Assembly (NCBI GenBank): GCA_051439425.1
Contig: JBFRWD010000123.1
Location: 1-64,000, forward strand
Origin: Synechococcus sp.
Lineage (GTDB): Bacteria > Cyanobacteriota > Cyanobacteriia > Thermostichales > PCC-7336
Length of the DNA stretch: 64,000 nucleotides
Direction: 5' to 3'
Shown: positions 40,962 to 50,849 of the stretch, one piece after another
Numbering within the stretch: position 1 is the stretch's first letter
How the letters are laid out: each line of letters opens with the position of its first letter
The notes under the pieces: model-generated
What the model was told of the DNA's origin: nothing
The model's input: the letters and a program-made list of their open reading frames with translations, nothing else
Database searches by the model: none
Program-made: the position numbers and the translations under genes

Positions 40962-41213
40962 ATGAGCGGCCCCCCGACACAAGAGCCCCCCCCCAACCAG
41001 CACTTCGCAACCCCCTACACCACCACACAGTTCGACAGTTCCGAAAACGCTGCCGCTTCTACCACAAACACCGAAATGCCCCTGACAACAGCTCCTCTGG
41101 CAATTCACCCTCGCATTCAGCAGGCAGGGGTCACGATTTCGCTCGTAGTTGCTGCCGTCGCCCTCTATAAACTGGAGCGCGCGCTCGAACGGTTACTCCA
41201 AACCGAGCAATAA
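40962..41213 (+). CDS. Small hypothetical protein with a C-terminal TM helix (83 aa)
   Basis: Strong ribosome-binding site GAGGAG 5 nt before the ATG; Pro/Thr-rich N-terminus and hydrophobic AGVTISLVVAAVALY. Confidence 0.6.
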   Translation: MSGPPTQEPPPNQHFATPYTTTQFDSSENAAASTTNTEMPLTTAPLAIHPRIQQAGVTISLVVAAVALYKLERALERLLQTEQ

Positions 41214-41302
41214 AGAATCTGCCCGATATTTTAAAGCCCCTCAGTATTTCAGCATGAGTCTATCAACGCAGAGAAGGCTCCCACACCTCCTACACTGAGG
41301 GC

Positions 41303-42172
41303 ATGAACGCTGAAACTTTTACCATCCCGATTCCCCTCCCACACGCCCCTGGTACCCACCTGGAAGCGCGACTGATCGCCCCGATCCCCAAGCAAGGTCA
41401 GCAGATCGATGGGCCATCAGTGTTTGTCCTTCCTGGCAGCGGACTCAGCGATGGTGACGGCAACGACGGAGATATCGGGTTTTCTCCACTGGCTCAACTG
41501 GCTGAAGCATTGGGACAAGCCGGATTTTCCAGCCTGCGGTTCGATCGCCGAGGCACCGGGGCCACAGGGGGAGAGTACGTCAGCCCCGCAGACGAGTTGC
41601 AAGACTTCACAACAGTGTTGGCTCATGCCTCCCAACTCCCGGAATTTCCCAAACCCTTGGTATTAGTGGGTTGGGGAGAAGCTGCCGCTTGGGCCGGTAT
41701 ATTGGCTCAGCAACAGCCGGACGCAATTGATGGCTTGATATTAATTTCTACTCCTACTGGAGCGATGGGCGACTTGTTTCCCTTTCGCCAAACCACTGAC
41801 GAAGCCATGGCCGCTACTCCTCCAGACGAGCATTCCGCCCTGCTAAAACGTCTGGTTGACGATTACGCCAGCCGCTCTCCGTTGTTCATGTTCAAACCCA
41901 TCTTTCAAATCAAATGCCCCCTGCTCGTCCTGCACGGGGATATGGATTGGGTGTGCCCGGTGTTCTGCTCCAGACAACTGGCATCCGAACTGGAACGTCG
42001 TCAGCAAGGGCCATCCGACTGGACTTATCGCGAGCTACCGGGACTCGATCGCTGGCTAATTCGCACCGATCGGTGGCGATCGGTGGCCGAACAGCAGCAA
42101 CCACTCTGGCAAATCGACATGGCAGCGGTGGATATCCTGGTAGACTGGTTAACACAAAAATTTCGTGTTTAA
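41303..42172 (+). CDS. Alpha/beta-hydrolase-fold protein (probably non-catalytic)
   Basis: LPGSG..DGDGN, LRFDRRGTG and LVLHGDMD motifs; the nucleophile elbow reads GWGEA. Confidence 0.8.
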   Translation: MNAETFTIPIPLPHAPGTHLEARLIAPIPKQGQQIDGPSVFVLPGSGLSDGDGNDGDIGFSPLAQLAEALGQAGFSSLRFDRRGTGATGGEYVSPADELQDFTTVLAHASQLPEFPKPLVLVGWGEAAAWAGILAQQQPDAIDGLILISTPTGAMGDLFPFRQTTDEAMAATPPDEHSALLKRLVDDYASRSPLFMFKPIFQIKCPLLVLHGDMDWVCPVFCSRQLASELERRQQGPSDWTYRELPGLDRWLIRTDRWRSVAEQQQPLWQIDMAAVDILVDWLTQKFRV

Positions 42173-42317
42173 AAAGCCATGACTCGCGACTACTGCGAGT
42201 TTTTTAAGTGCTTGGGGCACTTCAATTGGGTCACCCCTGCAATCGCAGAATCGGTTTTGCCCGACTTGAAATGTCTGACACTACAGCTTCAACTGTTTGG
42301 ATCGGGAGATGGGAACG

Positions 42318-43049
42318 TTGCGCCAGATTGTGCTTGCCGGAAACTGGAAAATGCACATGACTCAAGCGGAAACCCGCGCTTACATAGATAGCTTTACTCC
42401 CCATCTAAACAACCTCCATCCGGCTCGACAAGTGCTGCTATGCGTCCCCTTCACCGACCTTGCCGCCGCTCTTGAAGCCACGGCTAACTCCCCCATTAAA
42501 ATTGGAGCCCAGAATATTCACTGGGAAGAGAAAGGAGCATTCACCGGAGAAATTTCCGCAGCCATGCTCTCGGAAATGGGGGTGCAGTTTGCGATCGTGG
42601 GCCACAGTGAACGGCGCGAATATTTCGGCGAAACTGACGAAACAGTTAATAAGCGACTGCTAGCTGCTCAGGCTGCTGGAATCACCCCTATACTGTGTGT
42701 CGGCGAAAGTAAGGCCACCCGCGATGCCGGACAGACCGAGGAGTGGATTTTCCGCCAATTAGACCAAGACCTAGTCGGAGTCGATCAAAGCAACCTGATT
42801 ATTGCCTACGAACCCATCTGGGCAATCGGTACTGGAGACACCTGCGATTCAGGAGAAGCCAACCGGATTATTGGCTTAATTCGGAGCAAATTGAGCAATC
42901 AAGATGTTCCCATCCAATACGGGGGGTCTGTAAAGCCCGCCAATGTGGATGAAATTATGTCCCAGCCTGAGATTGACGGTGCGTTAGTGGGTGGTGCCAG
43001 CTTAACCTCCGACGGTTTTGCTCGCATTGTGAACTATCAAGCAGCATAG
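42318..43049 (+). CDS. tpiA: Triosephosphate isomerase
   Basis: [29 protein letters not shown] and LVGGASL; probable TTG start. Confidence 0.98.
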   Translation: MRQIVLAGNWKMHMTQAETRAYIDSFTPHLNNLHPARQVLLCVPFTDLAAALEATANSPIKIGAQNIHWEEKGAFTGEISAAMLSEMGVQFAIVGHSERREYFGETDETVNKRLLAAQAAGITPILCVGESKATRDAGQTEEWIFRQLDQDLVGVDQSNLIIAYEPIWAIGTGDTCDSGEANRIIGLIRSKLSNQDVPIQYGGSVKPANVDEIMSQPEIDGALVGGASLTSDGFARIVNYQAA

Positions 43050-43073
43050 CTATCACGAATCTCTTGTTGCGAA

Positions 43074-43102
43074 GTCCCCGACAGGCTGTTGGTGTTGGGG
43101 AC
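43074..43102. terminator. Stem-loop downstream of tpiA
   Basis: GTCCCCGACA...TGTTGGGGAC 10-bp stem. A second perfect 10-bp stem, CTGTTGTATG/CATACAACAG, lies at 43215-43242. Confidence 0.5.
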
Positions 43103-43430
43103 GTTATAACAGTCTATTCGCTTGCAATATAGGTGAAGGTGGTGGAGTATCAAACGCCTGATTCGTCATACATTACCAATAACGCCAGCGGCTCTGAAGG
43201 AATCCCACTTAGCCCTGTTGTATGGCAGTAGGCATACAACAGCAGACATTTCAGCTATGTCCAGCCCTGACAGCAATTAAAAACTTTTGTCCTAACTGGA
43301 ATGGCAGACACTATATTCTTCACTAGACGGACAAACCAGGATAGATCCGACCATCGCAAGGCATCATGACCGCCATTCAAACACAAACGCAGTCTTATTT
43401 TCCTTCGATGCTTAACCAGTCTCACCGATC

Positions 43431-44591
43431 TTAAGCATTAGCCACCGGCTCGCCTTCCACCAAATAAGCAGTCTCACGATGCAGGGCCACGTCATCCGAC
43501 AGTACCGCACCGCACTGAGCCTGCTGCCGCAAGAAATGGTCGCATAACACCAACGCCACCATAGACTCCACCATCGGAACCGCTCTGGGAAGAACGCATG
43601 GATCGTGCCGTCCCCGCGCTGCCAGCACAGCAGCTTGGCCGTCCTTCGTCACGGTATTTTGTTCTTGGCGAATGGTTGCCGTCGGCTTAAACGCCACCCG
43701 AATCACGATATTTTCGCCGTTAGAGATTCCTCCCTGAATGCCTCCCGACCGGTTGGTGGCCGTCCGGATGCGATCGCCCTCCATATAAAACTCATCGTTG
43801 TGCTCTTTACCCGTCAGGTAAGTTCCTGCAAATCCAGAGCCAATCTCAAAGCCTTTGCTGGCTGGCAGCGACATGGCTCCCTTCGCCAGATCGGCCTCCA
43901 ACTTGTCAAACACCGGAGCCCCCAATCCAGTGGGCACATTGCGGGCAACACACTCAACCACCCCGCCAATCGAATCCCCCTGTTTGCCGGTCTCCTGAAT
44001 CAACTCGATCATCCGTTCTGCCAACTCCCCATCCGGGCAGCGGACAATATTGGATTCCACTTGCTCTAACGTGACTGCATTCGGGTCAATATCGGCCTCC
44101 AAATCTTTGATGCGCTTGACATAACCAACGACCTCAACGCCAGCAGCCAATTTCAATATCTTTTTGGCGATCGCCCCAGCAGCAACACGGCCAATGGTTT
44201 CGCGAGCAGACGCACGCCCCCCCCCTTTCCAGTTCCGAATCCCATATTTGGCCTGATACGTGGCATCAGCATGGGAGGGGCGAAATGTGGTTTTCATTTC
44301 GGAGTAATCCTGCGACCGCGCGTCCTTATTGCGCACGATGATGTGGATGGGAGTGCCGATGGTCAATCCTTCAAACACGCCCGAGGTAATTTCGCAGGTG
44401 TCGGACTCTTTTCGAGGGGTAACAATCTTGCTTTGACCGGGACGACGGCGATCGAGATCCACCTGAATTTCTTCAGCAGTAATTGGAATTCGAGGGGGAC
44501 AGCCATCCACGATCACCCCAACAGCCCCTCCGTGGGACTCGCCGTAGGTCGTGATACTGAACAGTTGTCCAAAGGAATTGCCGTTTGCCAT
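43431..44591 (-). CDS. aroC: Chorismate synthase
   Basis: [20 protein letters not shown] and GRHDPC motifs. Confidence 0.98.
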   Translation of the reverse strand: MANGNSFGQLFSITTYGESHGGAVGVIVDGCPPRIPITAEEIQVDLDRRRPGQSKIVTPRKESDTCEITSGVFEGLTIGTPIHIIVRNKDARSQDYSEMKTTFRPSHADATYQAKYGIRNWKGGGRASARETIGRVAAGAIAKKILKLAAGVEVVGYVKRIKDLEADIDPNAVTLEQVESNIVRCPDGELAERMIELIQETGKQGDSIGGVVECVARNVPTGLGAPVFDKLEADLAKGAMSLPASKGFEIGSGFAGTYLTGKEHNDEFYMEGDRIRTATNRSGGIQGGISNGENIVIRVAFKPTATIRQEQNTVTKDGQAAVLAARGRHDPCVLPRAVPMVESMVALVLCDHFLRQQAQCGAVLSDDVALHRETAYLVEGEPVANA

Positions 44592-44907
44592 GCCATCTAG
44601 ATGAGTGCGGGATCTCTAGAATAAATGCCCGCTGCGAATAACGGGGGATTTCATCACCAAAGCTGCCGCATAATCGCTTGTCCCACTCGTTTAACCGGAG
44701 TTGGATTCTTATCTCCAACCCTTTCTCACAATGGGAGCAGGGAACAAGAGGCTTCAACTCTAATAGTTTCATCTCGCTGTGAGGCAACCACCCCCAATCA
44801 AGCAGATCCGTCAAGCTGACGTTATCCATACGTCCGAGTTGGAAAGCAGGAGCCCCACACCAACTCTAGTTATGAACCGTTCACTATCCAGGCTAATTCT
44901 GTCCTCG

Positions 44908-45390
44908 TTAATTGGGGCGATGCGTCTTCACCCATGACCAGAGGAAGTGCCCCGACCCTCGCTTGCGAATCGATGTGGCTAGTTTTTCCAGCTCCCGTCG
45001 CTCTGCTGCCGAAAGCCCCATGCACTCATATTTGCACTGCCACAGTAACGTCGTCAGTGTCACGGCTACGCACAGGCACAAACCAAACCCCGCCTTGGGT
45101 TGATACAGCAACGGATACTTAACCCCAGCCCAGGTAAAAAACTCCAAGAGCCTGCGGATATCCGCCCTCAGCAACCATAGCGATGGCAATCCGATCGCCA
45201 CCCATATCAGCCCTACAATGCCCCAACGAACTCGCACTTGCAGGGCGAATAACCGTTCCGCTTCGGGGGAAAGAATACGAGTCTGAGACCACTGGTAGGA
45301 GCCTGCTGCGTTGGTGGCACTACCGTTATCCGTAGCGGCATGAGTTCCAGTACTGGAGGAGCTAGCATCGGTGCGAGAATCGGTGTCGAT
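44908..45390 (-). CDS. Hypothetical membrane protein (start uncertain, possibly non-canonical)
   Basis: PSLWLLR..FTWAGVKY..GLCLC..TLLWQ..GLS motifs. The frame stays open upstream of GTG 45237 to 45402. Confidence 0.65.
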   Translation of the reverse strand: MDTDSRTDASSSSTGTHAATDNGSATNAAGSYQWSQTRILSPEAERLFALQVRVRWGIVGLIWVAIGLPSLWLLRADIRRLLEFFTWAGVKYPLLYQPKAGFGLCLCVAVTLTTLLWQCKYECMGLSAAERRELEKLATSIRKRGSGHFLWSWVKTHRPN

Positions 45391-45545
45391 AAGTCTATAG
45401 TCCTAACGAAGCAAACGGAAACTAAGGTTTGCGAGGAAAACGCGGCAAGCTCTCATAGACTGTGCCCAACCAATGATGCTTGGCAGTCATATCTGACGTA
45501 GCTGTCGTAGACTGCCCAATTCACGCAATTGCCCGCTCTAACTGT

Positions 45546-46607
45546 TTACACAACACCATCTTCAGGCAATCGCTGCGACATTTTGCGAGATGTGTTGGCT
45601 GGATGCTTTTGACGCCACCAAGTCAGCAAGGTGCTGGCAATAAAGATGCTGGAATAGGTTCCCCAAGCAAAGCCAATCAGCAGGGCCAGTGAGAAATATC
45701 GCAGTGTCGGGCCACCAAACAGAAAGATAGCCAACAAAGCCAACATGGACGTCAGCGACGTATTGATAGACCGGGCAAACGTCTGGTTCACCGAAATATT
45801 CACGACATCCGAGAACGTCGTTTTACGGCTCAGGAGGCGACGGCTATTTTCGCGGATGCGATCGTAAATCACCACGGTGTCATTCACCGAGAAACCAATG
45901 ATGGTCAGCATGGCAACCACAAATAGCTGATCCACCTCTATCCCAAACAAAAGGCCCAAGATAGCAAACACCCCAGCAGTAATCAGGATGTCGTGCAGCA
46001 GGGCCGCGATCGCGAAGATGGCGTAATCCACCTGGAAGCGAATACTGACATAGACCACAATCGCGGCAAACGCGACCAGAATAGCTAACAATCCGCTTTT
46101 GAGGAGCGTTTCTCCAATAGCTGGCCCTACCGTTTCCACCAGATCTCGACGAAACGTACCGACATCTTCCGTTAGCGCTGACTCCAGACTTAGACGATCC
46201 TCCTCGCTCAATGGCGGAACCCGCAAGATAGCAGTACGCGATGTCTCGCGATCGAGCTGAATCACGCTGTTGCTCAATTCCCGATCCGACAGCACATCCC
46301 GCAGTTGCATCTCGGTCACAGGCTGCTCGAACTCTACCTGCAGCAGGGTTCCCCCCGTAAAGTCCAGTCCTAACTTCAAGGGCGACCCGGTTTGGGAAAA
46401 GCACACCGCCATTGCCAGCAATCCCGCCAAAATGCATGCGGCAGAAATCGTAAACCAAGTTTTGGTGCGACCGACTACATCAATAAGGTGGCTGCTGGGG
46501 GTTGCACTGTTACCGGTCTTTTCGGGATCGGTTTTACCGACATCGAGCTTAGTATCGGGCATCTCTACATCTTGCGTCCGCTTATCGGCCATTGTGCCGT
46601 CTCCCAT
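45546..46607 (-). CDS. secF: Protein translocase subunit SecF
   Basis: LGLDFTGG, VGPAIG and GFSVNDTVVIYDRIREN motifs. Confidence 0.97.
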   Translation of the reverse strand: MGDGTMADKRTQDVEMPDTKLDVGKTDPEKTGNSATPSSHLIDVVGRTKTWFTISAACILAGLLAMAVCFSQTGSPLKLGLDFTGGTLLQVEFEQPVTEMQLRDVLSDRELSNSVIQLDRETSRTAILRVPPLSEEDRLSLESALTEDVGTFRRDLVETVGPAIGETLLKSGLLAILVAFAAIVVYVSIRFQVDYAIFAIAALLHDILITAGVFAILGLLFGIEVDQLFVVAMLTIIGFSVNDTVVIYDRIRENSRRLLSRKTTFSDVVNISVNQTFARSINTSLTSMLALLAIFLFGGPTLRYFSLALLIGFAWGTYSSIFIASTLLTWWRQKHPANTSRKMSQRLPEDGVV

Positions 46608-46679
46608 TGCTCAAACTGTTCTATCAAGTGATTCGTGCTGCCTGGCGATCGGGTCTGTCAGGCGATCGCCGGTCATATA

Positions 46680-47999
46680 TCAAGCAGGTGTTTGCTTCAC
46701 ACCAAAGAGTTCTGCCTTACGCCAACTACTGTTCGACATCAGCACAAGCAAGAAGGTGCGCGTACAAGTTAAGGCGGTGAAGAAACTCACTAAAATGCCG
46801 ATCGCCAGCGTCAGCGCAAATCCTTTCACCAACCCGGTTCCCAAGCTGAACAAAACGAGACAGGCCAGCAGGGTCGTCACGTTGCTGTCCAAAATACTGG
46901 CCAATGCTCGGCTAAACCCTTCCTCCACAGATTTGTAGACTGACTTACCGCTGCGCAACTCTTCACGAGTGCGCTCGAAAATTAGGACGTTGGCATCTAC
47001 GGCAATCCCGATACTGAGGATAAATCCGGCGATACCGGGCAGCGTCAGCGTAACGCCAAACAGTTGAAAGATAGAAAATGTGACTAGAGCGTAAATCAGC
47101 AGGGCGATACTGGCCATAAAACCCGGCACCCGGTAATACACCAGCATGTAACCAAACGTCAGCGTTAGCCCCCCCAATCCGGCAATCAAACTACGCTTGA
47201 CACTGGCAGCACCCAGCGTTGCTCCCACCGTACGGTTCTCGATCACTTCTACCGGTACCGGCAATGCCCCAGCCTCTAACTTGACGGCTAAATCTCTGGC
47301 TTCATCAACGGTGAATTGACCGGTAATGCTAGCAACCCCTCCGATAATGCCATTGGGGTTCTGCTCCGCATTCACACCGGGGGCACTAATTAGATTTCCA
47401 TCAAGGAAAATTCCGAGCCCTCGTCCGGTTCCTGCCAGTTCGCGGGTGATATCTGCAAAGGTGGAAGCCCCTTCCCGGTCAAATCGAATCTCAACCCCCC
47501 AATTCCCGTTATTTGTTGATTGGGGTGAAAGAATCGTTGCACTTTGAAGCTGCGCACCAGTCAGTCGAGCTGGTTCGAAAATTTGTTCGATATCTTCTGG
47601 AGATAGAGGATACTCTCCGGTCTCGCGATCGGGACGCGGAATGCTTTGGCCAAATATCTGAGAGCGAAACTCTAGCTGAGCTGTGTCTTGCAGCACATCA
47701 ATGGCACGATCGGGATCGTCAACGCCAGGAAGCTGAATAAACAGGCGATCGTCACCGCTAATTTGCAGCACGGTATCCGACACCCCAAATCCATTTACAC
47801 GCTGCTCCAGAACGGCTTCCAGCCCCAGCATGACCTGTGGTGTAATGTCCGGTACCTGTTCGGTAGGCTGCGCTTGCAAGGTGAGTTGCGTTCCCCCTTG
47901 CAAATCCAATCCCAATTGCACCGGTTTTGTTACAACGAGATAGATTGCTGCTGCCACCACTAGTAGGATGCCGATAATTCGGCCCGCCAGTTTATTCAT
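46680..47999 (-). CDS. secD: Protein translocase subunit SecD
   Basis: LGLDLQGG, GALPVP, AVDANVLIFER and DSNVTT motifs. Confidence 0.97.
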   Translation of the reverse strand: MNKLAGRIIGILLVVAAAIYLVVTKPVQLGLDLQGGTQLTLQAQPTEQVPDITPQVMLGLEAVLEQRVNGFGVSDTVLQISGDDRLFIQLPGVDDPDRAIDVLQDTAQLEFRSQIFGQSIPRPDRETGEYPLSPEDIEQIFEPARLTGAQLQSATILSPQSTNNGNWGVEIRFDREGASTFADITRELAGTGRGLGIFLDGNLISAPGVNAEQNPNGIIGGVASITGQFTVDEARDLAVKLEAGALPVPVEVIENRTVGATLGAASVKRSLIAGLGGLTLTFGYMLVYYRVPGFMASIALLIYALVTFSIFQLFGVTLTLPGIAGFILSIGIAVDANVLIFERTREELRSGKSVYKSVEEGFSRALASILDSNVTTLLACLVLFSLGTGLVKGFALTLAIGILVSFFTALTCTRTFLLVLMSNSSWRKAELFGVKQTPA

Positions 48000-48219
48000 A
48001 CTTCCGGCCCGCTTGTCATACCCCGTAGGCACTCAAGCACGTTACGACATCAGCCATCATAGGCGATCGCCCGAACTCCCACCTATCCTGTTCCCCCAAC
48101 TTCATGTTTGCTGGTGAGGTGGGCCAAAGCCTCGCGGTGATGACCAGATCGATCTGGAGCAATCGCCAATTCCCCCTACTTCAGTGGAATAACCAACGTT
48201 CCCGAGAAGAGCATGCGAC

Positions 48220-48930
48220 CTATAGCACCAGCTCGGCGCGTCCCAAACAGGTCAAAGCTGTGGAGGTTACCTCAAATCGATAGGGCAGAATTTCAACCCC
48301 CTTGTCTGCTGCCTGACGCAACAGAGCGCCATACTCGGCATCTTTCGCATCGCCCGGAGAAAACTCCGTACAATCTTCGCGATGGATGAAATACAGCATG
48401 ACCGCCCGGTGCCCCGCCTCCACCATTTCCATGAGTTCTTGCAGGTGTTTTTGCCCGCGAGTGGTGACGGTATCGGGAAATAATGCTCTGGGGCCATCGC
48501 ACCAGGTAGTGTTCTTCACTTCCACATAGGTCAAACTACTGTCTGGAAAGGTTAGTAGAAAATCAATCTTGCTCTTTTGGCTACCGTACGGTGCCTCTCG
48601 TCGCATGGTGTGAAATCCCTTTAGTTCGGGAAACCAATCATGCTCGAGTCCGTGCCGCACAATGCGGTTGGGAGCCGCCGTGTTAACCCCCACCCAAACA
48701 TCGTCCACCCAAATCGCTTCCCAAGTGTATTTGAGCTTGCGCTTCGGATCGTCGTGATAGCTGACCAATACGGGTGCCCCCAGTTCGCACACTCCGGTCA
48801 TGGGCCCAGTATTGGGACAATGAGCGGTAATTGTCTCTCCCGAATCCAGCTCAATATCGGAGAGAAAACGCTTGTAGCGCTTGCGCAAGATACCGGTTTG
48901 GGTATCGGGTAGCAAATAAGGATGGTTCAC
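48220..48930 (-). CDS. sfsA: DNA/RNA nuclease SfsA
   Basis: RYKRF, AHCPNTGPM, YVEVK and FPDTVTTRGQKHL motifs. Confidence 0.95.
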   Translation of the reverse strand: MNHPYLLPDTQTGILRKRYKRFLSDIELDSGETITAHCPNTGPMTGVCELGAPVLVSYHDDPKRKLKYTWEAIWVDDVWVGVNTAAPNRIVRHGLEHDWFPELKGFHTMRREAPYGSQKSKIDFLLTFPDSSLTYVEVKNTTWCDGPRALFPDTVTTRGQKHLQELMEMVEAGHRAVMLYFIHREDCTEFSPGDAKDAEYGALLRQAADKGVEILPYRFEVTSTALTCLGRAELVL

Positions 48931-49125
48931 TCAGGTTCAGTTTTCAAGAGGGCTCTGGACTACTCTACGCTCTATATCCCTGCCAACCTAGTCGGTCAGA
49001 ATATTGGGGCAATATGGTTCGTTCTCTCCTCATAGCAAGCCTGACAAGGCACCAGACACTATAGGAGAATGCACTCCCTCCATTCGATAATGTTGGGTGA
49101 GTTCCCCGCATTGTCTGGCCGTGCC

Positions 49126-50769
49126 ATGAAGATTGCATTGCTTCAACTGAATCCAATTGTGGGCGATTTGGCTGGAAATGCCGCGCTGATTCAGGCTGGG
49201 GTAGAACGGGCGATCGCTGCGGGAGCGGACATTGCAGTCACTTCCGAGTTAGCTCTGCTGGGGTATCCGCCACGGGATTTGTTGCTAAGACAGGAGTTTG
49301 TGGAGCGCGCTGACGAAACGTTGAAGACGCTAGCAAAGGCTCTTCCTAGCAGGATTGTGGCCATTGTAGGCACGGTCTCCAAAAATAAGGCGGAAGCTGG
49401 ACGACCGCTATACAACAGCGCGGCCTGGTTAGAGAGGGGAAACATCGCTCGTATATTCCATAAGCGATTATTGCCCACCTACGATGTCTTTGATGAGGAT
49501 AGGTACTTTGAGCCGGCTCGGGCTCTCAACTTAGTGGAGTTTCGCGGCGAAACCCTCGGGATTAGTATTTGCGAAGACATTTGGAACGATCGCGATTATT
49601 GGCAGCATCGGCGTTATGCGATCGACCCCGTCGAAGAAATGGCTAAAGCGGGGGCTGACGTTGTTATTAATCTATCGGCCTCGCCGTTCAGTGTTGGTAA
49701 ACAGTCTCTGCGGGTAGACATGATGGGAGCGATCGCCCGCAAGCATCGCCTGCCACTGCTGTACGTCAATCAGGTGGGTGGCAATGACGACCTCGTGTTT
49801 GATGGTGCCAGTTGCGCCTTCGATCGTGATGGCCGGCTCCTAGCAAGCGGTTCGGCCTTCGAGCCGGATGTTATTATCGTTGACCCTCTTACTCATTCGG
49901 GCATTGAGAAAAAAGTCAAAGAGAATTGGGCTCACTCCCCTGTCGAAGAACTGTATCGAGCATTGGTTCTGGGAACGCGAGATTACATTCACAAGTGCGG
50001 CTTCAAGCAAGTGGTGTTGGGGTTGTCAGGGGGGATTGATTCAGCTGTCACAGCCGCGATCGCGACCGAAGCGGTCGGAGCAGAAAATGTCTTGGGAGTC
50101 TTGATGCCATCTCCCTACAGCAGTACCGGGAGCATTGATGACTCGGTAGAACTAGTCAAGAACTTGGGCATTCAGACCGAGACAATTGCGATCGCACCCA
50201 TGATGCAAGCGTTTGACAGCGCATTGGCAGAGACATTCATGGGATTGGAGCCGGGCATTGCTGAAGAGAACCTGCAGTCGCGGATTCGCGGCAATCTGCT
50301 GATGGCGATTTCCAATAAATTTGGGCGGCTGCTGCTGACAACGGGAAACAAATCGGAGCTGGCAGTCGGTTACTGCACAATTTATGGCGACATGTCGGGA
50401 GGCCTGGCGGTGATCTCGGACGTTCCCAAAACTCAGGTGTACGCCCTAGCCCGATGGATGAATCGAGAACAACCGGTCATTCCCATCTCCACGATTGAAA
50501 AACCCCCGTCCGCAGAACTAAAACCCGACCAACAGGATTCCGATAGCCTGCCCCCCTACGATCTGCTTGACGAAATCTTGCGACTGCATGTGGAAGAGCA
50601 TTTGGGTTCCACTGCCATCGCTGCGCGAGGATTTGACCTGCAGACGGTTGAGCGGGTGGTTGCACTCGTTAAGCGGGCTGAATTTAAGCGACGACAGGCC
50701 GCCCCCGGATTGCGTGTCACCGATCGCGCGTTTGGGACAGGATGGAGAATGGCGATTGCTCGCCGCTAA
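49126..50769 (+). CDS. nadE: Glutamine-dependent NAD+ synthetase
   Basis: Nitrilase-like domain (GYPPRD, ICEDIW) plus GLSGGIDS, ENLQSRIRG and TGNKSE. Confidence 0.97.
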   Translation: MKIALLQLNPIVGDLAGNAALIQAGVERAIAAGADIAVTSELALLGYPPRDLLLRQEFVERADETLKTLAKALPSRIVAIVGTVSKNKAEAGRPLYNSAAWLERGNIARIFHKRLLPTYDVFDEDRYFEPARALNLVEFRGETLGISICEDIWNDRDYWQHRRYAIDPVEEMAKAGADVVINLSASPFSVGKQSLRVDMMGAIARKHRLPLLYVNQVGGNDDLVFDGASCAFDRDGRLLASGSAFEPDVIIVDPLTHSGIEKKVKENWAHSPVEELYRALVLGTRDYIHKCGFKQVVLGLSGGIDSAVTAAIATEAVGAENVLGVLMPSPYSSTGSIDDSVELVKNLGIQTETIAIAPMMQAFDSALAETFMGLEPGIAEENLQSRIRGNLLMAISNKFGRLLLTTGNKSELAVGYCTIYGDMSGGLAVISDVPKTQVYALARWMNREQPVIPISTIEKPPSAELKPDQQDSDSLPPYDLLDEILRLHVEEHLGSTAIAARGFDLQTVERVVALVKRAEFKRRQAAPGLRVTDRAFGTGWRMAIARR

Positions 50770-50786
50770 TTGGCTCCGCCCACTGC

Positions 50787-50813
50787 TATAGCAATCCGCT
50801 GTAAGGTCTAGAG
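50787..50813 (+). repeat. Second, partial copy of the MITE-like left end
   Basis: TATAGCAATCCGCTgTAAGGTCTaGAG matches 17820-17846 at 25 of 27 positions. Confidence 0.65.
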
Positions 50814-50849
50814 TCGAGAGGCAACTCAAAGCCTGAATTTATACCGATA

